Origin: an uncultured Acidobacteriota bacterium | GTDB lineage: Bacteria; Acidobacteriota; UBA6911 | NCBI GenBank assembly: GCA_963843575.1 | Contig: CAWJKZ010000026.1 | Coordinates: 32,001-96,000, forward strand | Reading direction: 5' to 3' | Length of the DNA stretch: 64,000 bases | Shown here: piece by piece, positions 1-9,021 of the stretch | Layout of the letters: every line of letters begins with the position of its first letter | Position numbering within the stretch: position 1 is the stretch's first letter | Notes under the pieces: model-generated | Seen by the model: the letters and a program-made list of their open reading frames with translations, nothing else | What the model was told of the DNA's origin: nothing | Database searches by the model: none | Program-made: the position numbers and the translations under genes

Positions 1-354
1 GTCCGGTTTGGCCCCGAGGATCACCTCGTAGCTGGGGTTTGTGAGGTCGCCGACCTTGAGCTTGCCGGACACCTCCGGCGGCCAGTCGCACTGCCGGGTG
101 ACGCCGATCAACTGACGCTCGGCCCCCACGAGGAAGAGCGTTTCGGTGATGTTGGGGGCCAGCGACACGATGCGCTCCGGCCGCGCAGGCAGCTGCACGG
201 GCCGGCCGAGGCCGTCGGTGTAATCGAGGAGCGCCGGTCTCGAAGCACTCCCGGGAGCCTCCCGTGGAACCGCCCCGCGCGAGCAGGAAATCGCGCCGGC
301 GAGCACTATCCAGCTGAAATGGAAGAGTTGGCGATGGCGGAGTGGGGACGGCAT
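1..354 (-). CDS. btuF: Cobalamin/iron-chelate ABC transporter substrate-binding lipoprotein (runs off window start)
   Basis: Manual translation [27 protein letters not shown]...[48 protein letters not shown]...[19 protein letters not shown]; lipobox-like AISC; lies downstream of a B12 riboswitch. Confidence 0.85.
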   Translation of the reverse strand, partial: MPSPLRHRQLFHFSWIVLAGAISCSRGAVPREAPGSASRPALLDYTDGLGRPVQLPARPERIVSLAPNITETLFLVGAERQLIGVTRQCDWPPEVSGKLKVGDLTNPSYEVILGAKPD

Positions 355-397
355 CCCTGGTCTCTTTCTCGCGAAGAGGCGACAGAAACATCGCGAC

Positions 398-576
398 GAG
401 GCAGGTTTCCTGACTTGCGGGTCATCGCCGGACTTCTCGCCTTCCCCGTTTCAGAACGAGTGGCGGGCCATCTGCGTAACAGCGTGCCGCAGAAGCCGGC
501 TCTCCGGATACAGTGGCGGGACCGTGTGGGATTCGCACCCACTTCCCTTTTACCCTTTCGGGGCACCCCATCGCAT
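398..576 (-). promoter_or_regulatory. Cobalamin (B12) riboswitch
   Basis: Minus strand has AAAAGGGAAGTGGGTGCGAATCCCACACGGTCCCGCCACTGT...GCCACT...GGGAAGG...AAGTCAGGAAACCTGCC (B12 box), directly 5' of btuF. Confidence 0.93.
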
Positions 577-654
577 GGCAAAGAGCAACAGTATCAATTA
601 CAGCACCCTTTGGGCCGCAAAGCAATGCTACACTACGCCTTGCCCGGGGAGACC

Positions 655-1686
655 ATGATACGGACAATCGAGTGGAAAGATTCGTCGGTGGTGATGCTGG
701 ACCAGCGCCTGCTGCCGGGCCGGGAGATCTACAACCGCTACAAGTCCTACATAGAGGTGGCCGAAGCCATTCGGTCCATGGTGATCCGAGGCGCCCCGGC
801 GATCGGTGTGGCCGCGGCGATGGGGATCGCGCTCGGGGTCGAGAGCGCCCAGGTCGCGAGCGTCGAAGAACTTGACGCTTGCTTTCAGCAGATCTGCGAC
901 ACCATGAAGGAGACCCGCCCGACGGCCGTCAACCTATTCTGGGCCGTGGAACGGATGAAGCGGGTCTACCAGGCGGCGCGCGCCACCGGCCCGGGCGCCG
1001 TCCGTACGGCCCTCGTCGAGGAAGCTCAACGCATGCACCGGGAGGACGTCGAGGCCAACCGCCGCATGGGCCTTTACGGGCAGGAGTTGATCCCCGACGG
1101 TGCGCGCGTCCTCACGCACTGCAACGCCGGAGCGCTGGCGACGGCAGGTTTCGGAACCGCCCTCGGGCTGATCCGGGCGGCGGTGGAGGCGGGGAAGCGG
1201 GTCGAGGTGTTCGCCGACGAAACCCGCCCCTTCCTGCAGGGGGCGCGCCTGACCGCGTGGGAACTGGCCCAGGACGACATCCCGGTCACCGTCATCACCG
1301 ACAATATGGCGGGGCACTTCATGCAGCGGCGGCGTATCGACTGCGTCGTGGTGGGCGCAGACCGGATCGCCGCCAACGGGGATGTCGCCAACAAGATCGG
1401 CACCTATTCGGTCGCGGTTCTCGCGCGGGAAAACAGCATCCCCTTCTATGTCGCAGCGCCTATCTCAACCCTTGACCTCTCGTTGGCGGACGGCAGCCTC
1501 ATCCCGATCGAGGAACGCAGCCCCGACGAGGTGCGTCAGATCCAGGGGGTGACGGTGACGGACGCGCCGGTGCTCAACCCGGCATTCGACGTGACTCCGC
1601 ACCGGTATGTCAGCGCCATCGTCACGGAGCGCGGCATCGCCCGGCCGCCGTATTCCGAAAGCCTGCGGGCGTTGTCGGCGTCGTGA
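655..1686 (+). CDS. mtnA: Methylthioribose-1-phosphate isomerase
   Basis: [58 protein letters not shown]; start moved to ATG 655 after GGGGAG. Confidence 0.95.
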   Translation: MIRTIEWKDSSVVMLDQRLLPGREIYNRYKSYIEVAEAIRSMVIRGAPAIGVAAAMGIALGVESAQVASVEELDACFQQICDTMKETRPTAVNLFWAVERMKRVYQAARATGPGAVRTALVEEAQRMHREDVEANRRMGLYGQELIPDGARVLTHCNAGALATAGFGTALGLIRAAVEAGKRVEVFADETRPFLQGARLTAWELAQDDIPVTVITDNMAGHFMQRRRIDCVVVGADRIAANGDVANKIGTYSVAVLARENSIPFYVAAPISTLDLSLADGSLIPIEERSPDEVRQIQGVTVTDAPVLNPAFDVTPHRYVSAIVTERGIARPPYSESLRALSAS

Positions 1687-1730
1687 CCACAGGCGGGTGC
1701 CTTCGCCCGCACCGGCTGGAGACCTGACAG

Positions 1731-2753
1731 ATGCTGGTCCTCGGAATCGAATCGTCCTGTGACGAGACGGCGGCCGCGCTAGTCGAGGACGGCCAGACCG
1801 TCCTGTCCAGCGTCATCGCGTCGCAGATCGGCACCCACCGGGGCTTCGGCGGGGTTGTTCCCGAGCTGGCCAGCCGGGAGCACCTGCGCAACATCGGGTA
1901 CGTCGTCAGCCGCGCCTTCGCCGAGGCGCGGCGCGACTACGGCGACATCGACGGCATCGCCGTCACGCAGGGCCCGGGACTGATCGGCTCCCTGCTGGTG
2001 GGGCTTTCCTTTGCCAAGGCGATGGCGTTCGCTCTGCGGAAGCCGCTCGTGCCCGTCAACCACATTGAAGGGCACATCTACTCGGCATTCCTCGAGCATC
2101 CGGGGATCGACTACCCGATCCTGGCGCTGGTGGTCTCGGGCGGCCACACCTCGCTGATCTCCGCCGGCGAACCCCGCAAGTACATGCTGGTGGGCCGCAC
2201 GCGGGACGACGCGGCGGGAGAAGCCCTGGACAAGCTCTCGAAGTTCCTGGGGCTCGGCTATCCCGGCGGCCCCGTCATCGATCGGCTCGCGCGGGGAGGC
2301 AACCCGCTCGCCTTCCCTTTCTCGGTGCCGAAGATCAGCGACGGCAGCCTCGATTTCAGCTTCAGCGGGTTCAAGACCGCCGCCCTCCGTCACATCCAGG
2401 AGTCGGGGATCAGGCCGCGCCGGCCCGGGCGGAAAGCGTCGCGCCGTGTGCTCGACCTGGTGGCCAGCTACCAGCATACGATCGTGCGGACCCTCGCGAC
2501 ACAAACACGCAAGGCGGCGGAGCGCCTCAATCCGGCCTCGATCCTGCTGGTCGGGGGAGTGGCCTGCAACAGCCTGTTGCGCCGGACCTTCAGCGACGAC
2601 CTGGGCCGGCTTGCCCGGGTCTACTACCCGTCGCCCCCCCTGACCACCGACAACGCCGCCATGATCGCCGCTGCGGGAACCCCGCGCTTGTCCACGGCCC
2701 CGTCGACCCCTCCCCTGGATCTGAACGCATTTGCCGACCTGCGGCTCTGTTGA
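1731..2753 (+). CDS. tsaD: tRNA N6-adenosine threonylcarbamoyltransferase
   Basis: [48 protein letters not shown]. Confidence 0.96.
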   Translation: MLVLGIESSCDETAAALVEDGQTVLSSVIASQIGTHRGFGGVVPELASREHLRNIGYVVSRAFAEARRDYGDIDGIAVTQGPGLIGSLLVGLSFAKAMAFALRKPLVPVNHIEGHIYSAFLEHPGIDYPILALVVSGGHTSLISAGEPRKYMLVGRTRDDAAGEALDKLSKFLGLGYPGGPVIDRLARGGNPLAFPFSVPKISDGSLDFSFSGFKTAALRHIQESGIRPRRPGRKASRRVLDLVASYQHTIVRTLATQTRKAAERLNPASILLVGGVACNSLLRRTFSDDLGRLARVYYPSPPLTTDNAAMIAAAGTPRLSTAPSTPPLDLNAFADLRLC

Positions 2754-2847
2754 GCGCGAGTGGGCCGAAGTCGGCCCGACCCCGCCCGGAAAAGAAACCA
2801 CGAAATGTGCAGGAGCCAGTGGGCCGCGTCGAGCCGCCGCGGCCCAC

Positions 2848-3885
2848 TTACGGTTGCTGTTCCTGCAGGGGGCGGGCCGCGGGGTGGTTCGAAAACCAGG
2901 TGCGCATCTCGCGGGGCGGGACCCGCCGGTGTTGGCGCAGGGCTCGGCGGAGACGCCAGGCCCGGGGCGCGGCCCGGGCCAGCAGCGGGATTGCCCGCAG
3001 GGAGGACCTTTCGGCGGCGAGGACATAGAGCAGGGCGAGGATATCGCGCGCCGTTATGGGGAGAAAGAAGCGCGCGTAGGTTCCTGCATCCATGTTCTTC
3101 ATGCGCAGGAGGAAGCGGTTCTTGAACGAGTGCATGTTGATGTCCCGTGGGAGCGTCGCACGGCGTTCGGGGAGGACCCGGCGCACGTGAAACGCGTGCG
3201 CCGCCGGGACAAACCGGCAGCTCCATCCGAGCCATTGTGCGCGCCAGGCGAGGTCCGCGTCCTCCCGGTAGGCGAAAAACGACTCGTCGAAGTACTCGCC
3301 GTCGGCCGCGATCTCGTCGAGCATGCGCCGGCGATAGAAGGCGGCCGCCCCGGACGCCCCGAACACATACTCCCCCCGCTCGTACTGTCCGCGGTCGGTT
3401 TCCCCGGCCCCACGGTCCAGGTGCCGCTGGTTGCGGGTGAAATAGATGCCGGTGGAATCCAGGACGCGGCCGGAGGAGCCCGGGGTACCCTGAGCCAGCG
3501 GGTCGGGGGAGTCGTTGGGCCAGCGCCAGAGCTTGCCCGTGGCCGACCCGGCGCGCGTGTCGTGGTCGAGTTCCCGCACGAGGGTCCCGATGAATGCGGC
3601 CTCCAGGACGACATCGGGATTGAGGACGAGCACGTAGTCGGACCCGGTCTCCCGGATGATCCGGTTGTGCGCGGCGCAGAACCCGAGATTTCGCGTGGAG
3701 AAGTGCGAGGCTTCGAGCACGTCCCCGTGGGCGGCGGCGATCTCCGGCGAGTCGTCCGACGACGCATTGTCCCACAGGTGAACCGCGAAATCGCGAAAGG
3801 CCTGCCGCCGCAGGCTCTGCAGGCACGCACCGAGATAGTGGCCGGAGTTGTAGGAGACGATGCTGACGAGGACTCGCGCGGTCAC
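2848..3885 (-). CDS. Glycosyltransferase family 2
   Basis: VSIVSYNS, DNASSD, VLNPD, FFAYREDADLAWR; GTG start overlaps the upstream TGA. Confidence 0.88.
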   Translation of the reverse strand: MTARVLVSIVSYNSGHYLGACLQSLRRQAFRDFAVHLWDNASSDDSPEIAAAHGDVLEASHFSTRNLGFCAAHNRIIRETGSDYVLVLNPDVVLEAAFIGTLVRELDHDTRAGSATGKLWRWPNDSPDPLAQGTPGSSGRVLDSTGIYFTRNQRHLDRGAGETDRGQYERGEYVFGASGAAAFYRRRMLDEIAADGEYFDESFFAYREDADLAWRAQWLGWSCRFVPAAHAFHVRRVLPERRATLPRDINMHSFKNRFLLRMKNMDAGTYARFFLPITARDILALLYVLAAERSSLRAIPLLARAAPRAWRLRRALRQHRRVPPREMRTWFSNHPAARPLQEQQP

Positions 3886-4793
3886 GGCTCGTCCTCCCGC
3901 GCCGCGCCGATCCGGCGCGCCGCGCCCCAGTATGCCGCCGCCGTCCGGGGCCGGAACAACGTCAGCAGCGCGCGCAGCCGGATTCCGGCCACCGCCAGCC
4001 GGCGCATGCGCCGGGCGGTGCACGGCCCGTAGTGCCGATTAAAATAGCGCACCTGGTTCCGGTGGAAAAACTCGACGAATTCGCCCGGCTGCAGTTTCTC
4101 GAGGGTTGCCCCGCCGCGGTGGATGAAGCGGGCATCCGGTTCGAACAGGATCTTGCCGCCGAGGTCGCGTATGCGCCGACACAGGTCGACATCCTCGAAC
4201 CAGGCGGGCCTGAACCGCTCGTCGAAGCCGCCCAGCCGCTCGAGTACCTCGCGGCGCACCATCAGGCACGCGCCGGCGGGCTGGTCTACCGCGCAGCGGG
4301 TGGAGTGGTCCCAGTCGAGCATCCGGTATCTCCGGGTCCATGGGTTGCGGGGCCACACGCGGTGCAGCAGAAGCGCCTCGGCGGCGGCATCGGCCAGGGT
4401 GGGGAACCGGCGCACGTTGAACCCGACCTGAGTGGCTCCGCGGGCGTCGACGAGCCGGCCGCCGGCCGCGCCGGCAGCCGGGTCCTCCGCGAGGGCGCGG
4501 GCGAGCGCCTGGACGGAGCCTGGAGTAGCCTCGGCGTCCGGGTTGAGAAAGAGAACCAGCCCTCCCGCAGAGAGGGCCCAGCCGGCGTTGCAGCCGGCAG
4601 CGAATCCCCTGTTTTCGCCGAGGCGCACGACGATTGTGGCCGGCACCCGGGCGAGCGCCCCCTGCAGGCTGTCGTCCGAGGAGGCGTTGTCCACGACGAT
4701 GATCTGGGCCTCCGGCGCATGTGTGCGCAGGCTCGCGACGCAGCGGCCCAGGTATGCGCCGGAGTTCCAGTTGACGATCACGATGGAAATCAT
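3882..4793 (-). CDS. Glycosyltransferase family 2 (rhamnosyltransferase-like)
   Basis: [38 protein letters not shown]. Confidence 0.9.
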   Translation of the reverse strand: MISIVIVNWNSGAYLGRCVASLRTHAPEAQIIVVDNASSDDSLQGALARVPATIVVRLGENRGFAAGCNAGWALSAGGLVLFLNPDAEATPGSVQALARALAEDPAAGAAGGRLVDARGATQVGFNVRRFPTLADAAAEALLLHRVWPRNPWTRRYRMLDWDHSTRCAVDQPAGACLMVRREVLERLGGFDERFRPAWFEDVDLCRRIRDLGGKILFEPDARFIHRGGATLEKLQPGEFVEFFHRNQVRYFNRHYGPCTARRMRRLAVAGIRLRALLTLFRPRTAAAYWGAARRIGAAREDEP

Positions 4794-5863
4794 GCCGTGT
4801 CCAGCAAGGGGCGTGGCGTACGGAAGACCCTGAAGTACAGTCTAAGAAAAACCGACGTGCCGCGCTTGCCCCGGACGGTGAAATCGCGGCGCGCGAGCTC
4901 TTCCGAGGACAGTATTTCGTTCCAGAGCCGCCTGCCCGACGCGCGCCAGAGCGGCCGAAGCGTGTGCCGGCCGTCCAGCGCGGCCCCGACCAAGGGCAAC
5001 ACTCCCACGAGACCGAGCAGATAGCTGAGCAGCCGCCCGCGGCGCAAGACCCGCGCGGCCCAAAAGGCCTGGGCGGCCAGGATCATCGGGGCGCAGCGGA
5101 GCAACACGGGACCGGGCAGGTCCTTCAGGATCAGGAGCAGGGCGTTGCGGGTGCGCAGCCGCACGGCGAGCGGTGAGAATTCACCGCCGCTCGTGGCGCC
5201 GCCCACGTGATAGACCTCGGCCCCCGGCACGAAGTACCCCTTGTGCCCCGCGGCCCGGAGCCGCAGGCCGAGGTCGACGTCCTCCAGGTAGGCGAAGAAA
5301 CCCTCGTCGAATCCCCCGCAGGACTGGAGTGCCGCCTTGCTGTAGATCGCCCCGCATCCGCAGGCGGAGAACACCTCGCACTCCCTGCGGTAGTCGTCGT
5401 CGTCGGCCAGTTCCTGGCCCCTGCGGTAGCCGATCCCGGCCCGCAGAAAACAATCGCCGGCGCTGTAGACCCGGTCGCGCCGGCTGAAGTCGAGGATCCT
5501 GGAGGCAAAGAATGCGGCATCCGGATGGCGGTCCCGTGCCGATACGGTTTCGGCGAGCCATTCGGGCGCGACCTCCGTGTCGTTGTTGAGTATCGCCACC
5601 CAGACGCCCGCGGCGGAGCGCACACCAGCGTTTACGGCGGCGGCGAAGCCGAGGTTCGCGGGGTTGCGGAGCACGGTGGCCGCGGGCATCACCCTCGAGG
5701 TCACGGCCACGGAGTCGTCGGTCGATCCGTTGTCGACGACAATCGTTTCGAAGCCCCGGAAAGTCTGCCGCGATAGGGAACGAAGGCAGGTTTCGAGATA
5801 GGTGGCTCCGTTGTAGTTTGGGATGATCACCGAAACCAGGGGCGTGGACGCGCTCGGCTGCAT
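4790..5863 (-). CDS. Glycosyltransferase family 2
   Basis: [40 protein letters not shown]. Confidence 0.9.
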   Translation of the reverse strand: MQPSASTPLVSVIIPNYNGATYLETCLRSLSRQTFRGFETIVVDNGSTDDSVAVTSRVMPAATVLRNPANLGFAAAVNAGVRSAAGVWVAILNNDTEVAPEWLAETVSARDRHPDAAFFASRILDFSRRDRVYSAGDCFLRAGIGYRRGQELADDDDYRRECEVFSACGCGAIYSKAALQSCGGFDEGFFAYLEDVDLGLRLRAAGHKGYFVPGAEVYHVGGATSGGEFSPLAVRLRTRNALLLILKDLPGPVLLRCAPMILAAQAFWAARVLRRGRLLSYLLGLVGVLPLVGAALDGRHTLRPLWRASGRRLWNEILSSEELARRDFTVRGKRGTSVFLRLYFRVFRTPRPLLDTA

Positions 5864-5980
5864 GACGTCGATTATATGCGAAATCGGCTGCCGGCCCGGG
5901 TCAATTGCCTTGACACAACCCCGCCTGATAGAAGATATGTTCGTCTCTCACGTGACCGGAACCCCAGGGGTCGACAAGCG

Positions 5981-6666
5981 ATGAAGCTATCGGTCGTCAT
6001 TCCCGTATACAACGAAAAGGACACCATCCTGGAAATCCTGCAGCGCGTCCGCGCCGTCGACCTCCCGAAGGAGACTATCGTGGTGGACGACTTCTCGTCG
6101 GACGGCACACGCGAGGTCCTGGCAGGCCTCGACGGGCGAGCCGGAGCTCAAAGTCATCCTGCAGCCGGAGAACATGGGGAAGGGTGCCGCGCTGAGGACG
6201 GGGTTCAAAGCGGTGACGGGCGACATCGTCGTCGTGCAGGACGCGGATCTCGAATACGACCCCGCCGAGTATCTCGTCCCTGATCCAGCCGATACTGGCC
6301 AACAAGGCGGACGTGGTATACGGTTCGCGCTTCCTCGGGGGACCGCACCGGGTTTTGTTTTTCTGGCACTCCGTCGGCAACAACGTCCTCACGACCCTTT
6401 CCAACATGCTCACGGACCTGAACCTGACCGATATGGAGACCTGCTACAAGGTCTTCCGCGCCGACCTGCTGAAGAAAATCAATTTCCGCGAGAACCGCTT
6501 CGGTTTCGAACCCGAGTTCACCGCGAAGGTCGCCAGGGCGCGATGCCGGGTGTACGAGGTCCCGATCTCCTACAGCGGCCGCGATTACTCCGAGGGGAAG
6601 AAGATCGGCTGGAAGGACGGGGTTGCCGCCATTTTCTTCATCCTCAAGTACCGCTTCATGGACTAG
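5981..6666 (+). CDS. GT2 polyprenol-phosphate glycosyltransferase (DPM1-like), two frameshifts near 6140 and 6280
   Basis: [12 protein letters not shown]...[10 protein letters not shown] / NMGKGAALR...[10 protein letters not shown] / VVYGSRF...[12 protein letters not shown]...FGFEPE lie in three successive frames. Confidence 0.85.
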
Positions 6667-6706
6667 CCGCACAAATCAAGTGGGCCGGGGCTGCCGAAGC
6701 GCTGGC

Positions 6707-6845
6707 CCAACGGTTGATCTGCCCGATCCAACAAGATACAAGGTCGGGTCTTCGAGCCCGGACGCTGTTTGGGGGCACTATAACGTGCGTCCGTCGCCAC
6801 ATAGATCAGCAAAAGACGTCCGGGCTGAAGCCCGGACCCACTTGT
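6707..6845. repeat. REP/REPIN-like element between convergent genes; 6707-6806 has an inverted copy at 61575-61677
   Basis: Palindrome GTCCGGGCTGAAGCCCGGAC at 6818-6837 with a degenerate inverted partner at ~6738-6764; ~100 bp closely matches the reverse complement of 61575-61677. Confidence 0.75.
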
Positions 6846-6860
6846 TTCATACCGAAACAG

Positions 6861-7991
6861 CTAACCACTGACGACGATCCTCCCTTTTTCCAGCAGTTTT
6901 CGTGCCGCTTCGAACACGATGTCGGCCGGCGTCGCGTCCATGCAGGTGACCTCCTTCGGGCAGACACTCAGGTAACACGGGCTGCACTCGAAATCCGAGA
7001 CAATCTTGGTGCCGCGCCCGTACAGCTCGATCTCCTGCGGGCACGTCGATCCGAGGATGACGAGCACCGGCACCTTGAGCCCGATGGCGATGTGCATGGC
7101 GAGGGTGTCGCCGGTGACGATCAGGTCGCAGTTGCCCACGATGCCGGCAAACTGACGCACGGGGTTGTCGGTGCCGGTGTCGATCGGCGGGTGGCGGGCT
7201 GCGGCCGCGATCCGTGCGTTGCGCTCGACCTCGGCCGGCCCGCCGAGCAGCAGGACCTTCGCGCCGCACTCTTCGACCAGCCGGTTCGCCAGTTGAACGT
7301 AGCCTTCCTCCGTCCACTTCTTCGTGGCAAAGATGTTGCCAGAACCCGTGTTGAGCCCCACCTTCAGGTCTCCGGGCGCCGCACCCCGCTCCTGCAGCAG
7401 CTGCCTGCCCCCCTCGATCTCGGCAGACAGGTCGGGGACCAGGTATTCCTGGGGGACCGGGTATTCGAGCCCGGCGCACTCGAAAACCAGTTCGGGATAG
7501 GTTTTTCGGTTCTGTCGGAACTTGAGCTCGTCGTTGATGCCCAGCTCGAAGGTGTACTCGGACCCGGGGTTGAGCGGCATGACGTTCCCGTACTCGCTCA
7601 GGCCGAATCCCGCCTTGCGGCCGGCCCGGATCTTCATCGCCAGTGCGGACGCTTTCGGCTCTTTGTCGAGGCAGTACAGCCGGTCGAATGATTCGCACTC
7701 GAGCTGCAGCACCGCCTCGGGTCCGTACGGGACGAGCCGGTCGATTTCCGGGATGCCGGCGAGCATCGGGACGACTTTGGGTTCGGTGAGCCATGTGACG
7801 TGCGCATCGGGATCGGCTCCCTTGAGGCCGCGCAGCAGGGGCGTAGTGCGCAGGACGTCGCCCATGGCTGCGAGCTTTATGATCAGGATGCGGACTCCAA
7901 ACGGGCGATAATGAGGGCACCCGTCGCAGGCGCGCCGGAACGCACAAGGTTTGTGTCCCACGAAATAGCGGCAATCATAATGGACAAACAT
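6861..7991 (-). CDS. Glycosyltransferase family 9 (heptosyltransferase-like)
   Basis: [40 protein letters not shown]; GAGGAG before ATG 7991. Confidence 0.9.
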   Translation of the reverse strand: MFVHYDCRYFVGHKPCAFRRACDGCPHYRPFGVRILIIKLAAMGDVLRTTPLLRGLKGADPDAHVTWLTEPKVVPMLAGIPEIDRLVPYGPEAVLQLECESFDRLYCLDKEPKASALAMKIRAGRKAGFGLSEYGNVMPLNPGSEYTFELGINDELKFRQNRKTYPELVFECAGLEYPVPQEYLVPDLSAEIEGGRQLLQERGAAPGDLKVGLNTGSGNIFATKKWTEEGYVQLANRLVEECGAKVLLLGGPAEVERNARIAAAARHPPIDTGTDNPVRQFAGIVGNCDLIVTGDTLAMHIAIGLKVPVLVILGSTCPQEIELYGRGTKIVSDFECSPCYLSVCPKEVTCMDATPADIVFEAARKLLEKGRIVVSG

Positions 7992-9006
7992 CGCTCTCCT
8001 CATGCCCGCGGGCCGCGCAGCGCAGCCGGAGCCACACCAGCAGGAGCCAGACGAACCTGAACGGCAACAGCACCAACTTGGTCGTCAGGAACAGGATCAT
8101 GCGCGCCTGGTGCGCCCCGCTCCAGCGAGGCAAGGCGCCGACGCGCGCACGCTCGTTCATACGGTGCGCCAGGAGCGCAAGCCACTCGCGCGCGGTGAAA
8201 TAAAAACAGTCATTATTCTCGTTGAAGATCACCTTGTGACGGGCGCCGACCAGGAACCCGAAACACTTCACCTTCCAGTAACTCGGGTCACCGGTGAAGA
8301 AGAGGACCGCCGCGTCGTAGTGCGCGCGCCTCAGTTCCAGGAGGTGCTTCCAGGCGCCGCGAGTCTCCGCGTGAGTCTGGACGGAGTGCAGCATGGGGTG
8401 GCGGGCAAACTGCCCGACGATCTCGGGCGTGTTGCGGCAGAAGAGTGTGTACTGCGGCCTGTGAAACAGCGACCGGTCTCTCAGTCGCTCGAGTGCCCTC
8501 AGGACGTGTCGCGGTGCCGCGGACTGCAAGACGAGGATACGCTCGCCCTCGTAGCGATCGACGGCCGGTTCGCCCGCAGGCGGCACGAACGCGTAGTGGT
8601 CCGTCGGGAGCGGATGTTGCCACCGGAACAGGGCATGCCGGACAATGGCCTTCCACGTCAGACGGAAGCTGCTGCCGTCGCCGATGTGCACCCGGGTCCC
8701 GCGGGCCGCCCCGATGAGCAAGCCGGCCACCCGCAGGCGTCGGTAGCGCCGCTCCCCTGTCCAGAACGTGTGCTGGACATCGACCCCGGTCTGTCGCAAC
8801 TCCCCAATGATCCGCCTGCGGCGCCCGCGCGCAAACGGTACGATCCGTGCCCCCGTGATTTCCGAGAAATACCGCACAACCTCGCGGTCAGGCGCGCAGA
8901 GGATGGTCAGCGCCGCCCGTGGCGACGACGCGTCGGCCAAGATCTCCTCCGCCTTGGCGCGCACCCGTTTCGGCGACGCGGTCTGGACGAGCAAGGTTCG
9001 AATCAT
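7975..9006 (-). CDS. Hypothetical protein with two tandem GT9-N-terminal-like repeats
   Basis: 343-aa ORF tightly packed in the LPS operon; its two halves align to each other. Confidence 0.65.
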   Translation of the reverse strand: MIRTLLVQTASPKRVRAKAEEILADASSPRAALTILCAPDREVVRYFSEITGARIVPFARGRRRRIIGELRQTGVDVQHTFWTGERRYRRLRVAGLLIGAARGTRVHIGDGSSFRLTWKAIVRHALFRWQHPLPTDHYAFVPPAGEPAVDRYEGERILVLQSAAPRHVLRALERLRDRSLFHRPQYTLFCRNTPEIVGQFARHPMLHSVQTHAETRGAWKHLLELRRAHYDAAVLFFTGDPSYWKVKCFGFLVGARHKVIFNENNDCFYFTAREWLALLAHRMNERARVGALPRWSGAHQARMILFLTTKLVLLPFRFVWLLLVWLRLRCAARGHEESDVCPL

Positions 9007-9021
9007 GAGAAGGAGTATAAG

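Noticed and set aside
319-654. N-terminal extension of the mtnA ORF and ORF 306-581
   Set aside because: They overlap the riboswitch and btuF start; MtnA similarity begins at Met 655
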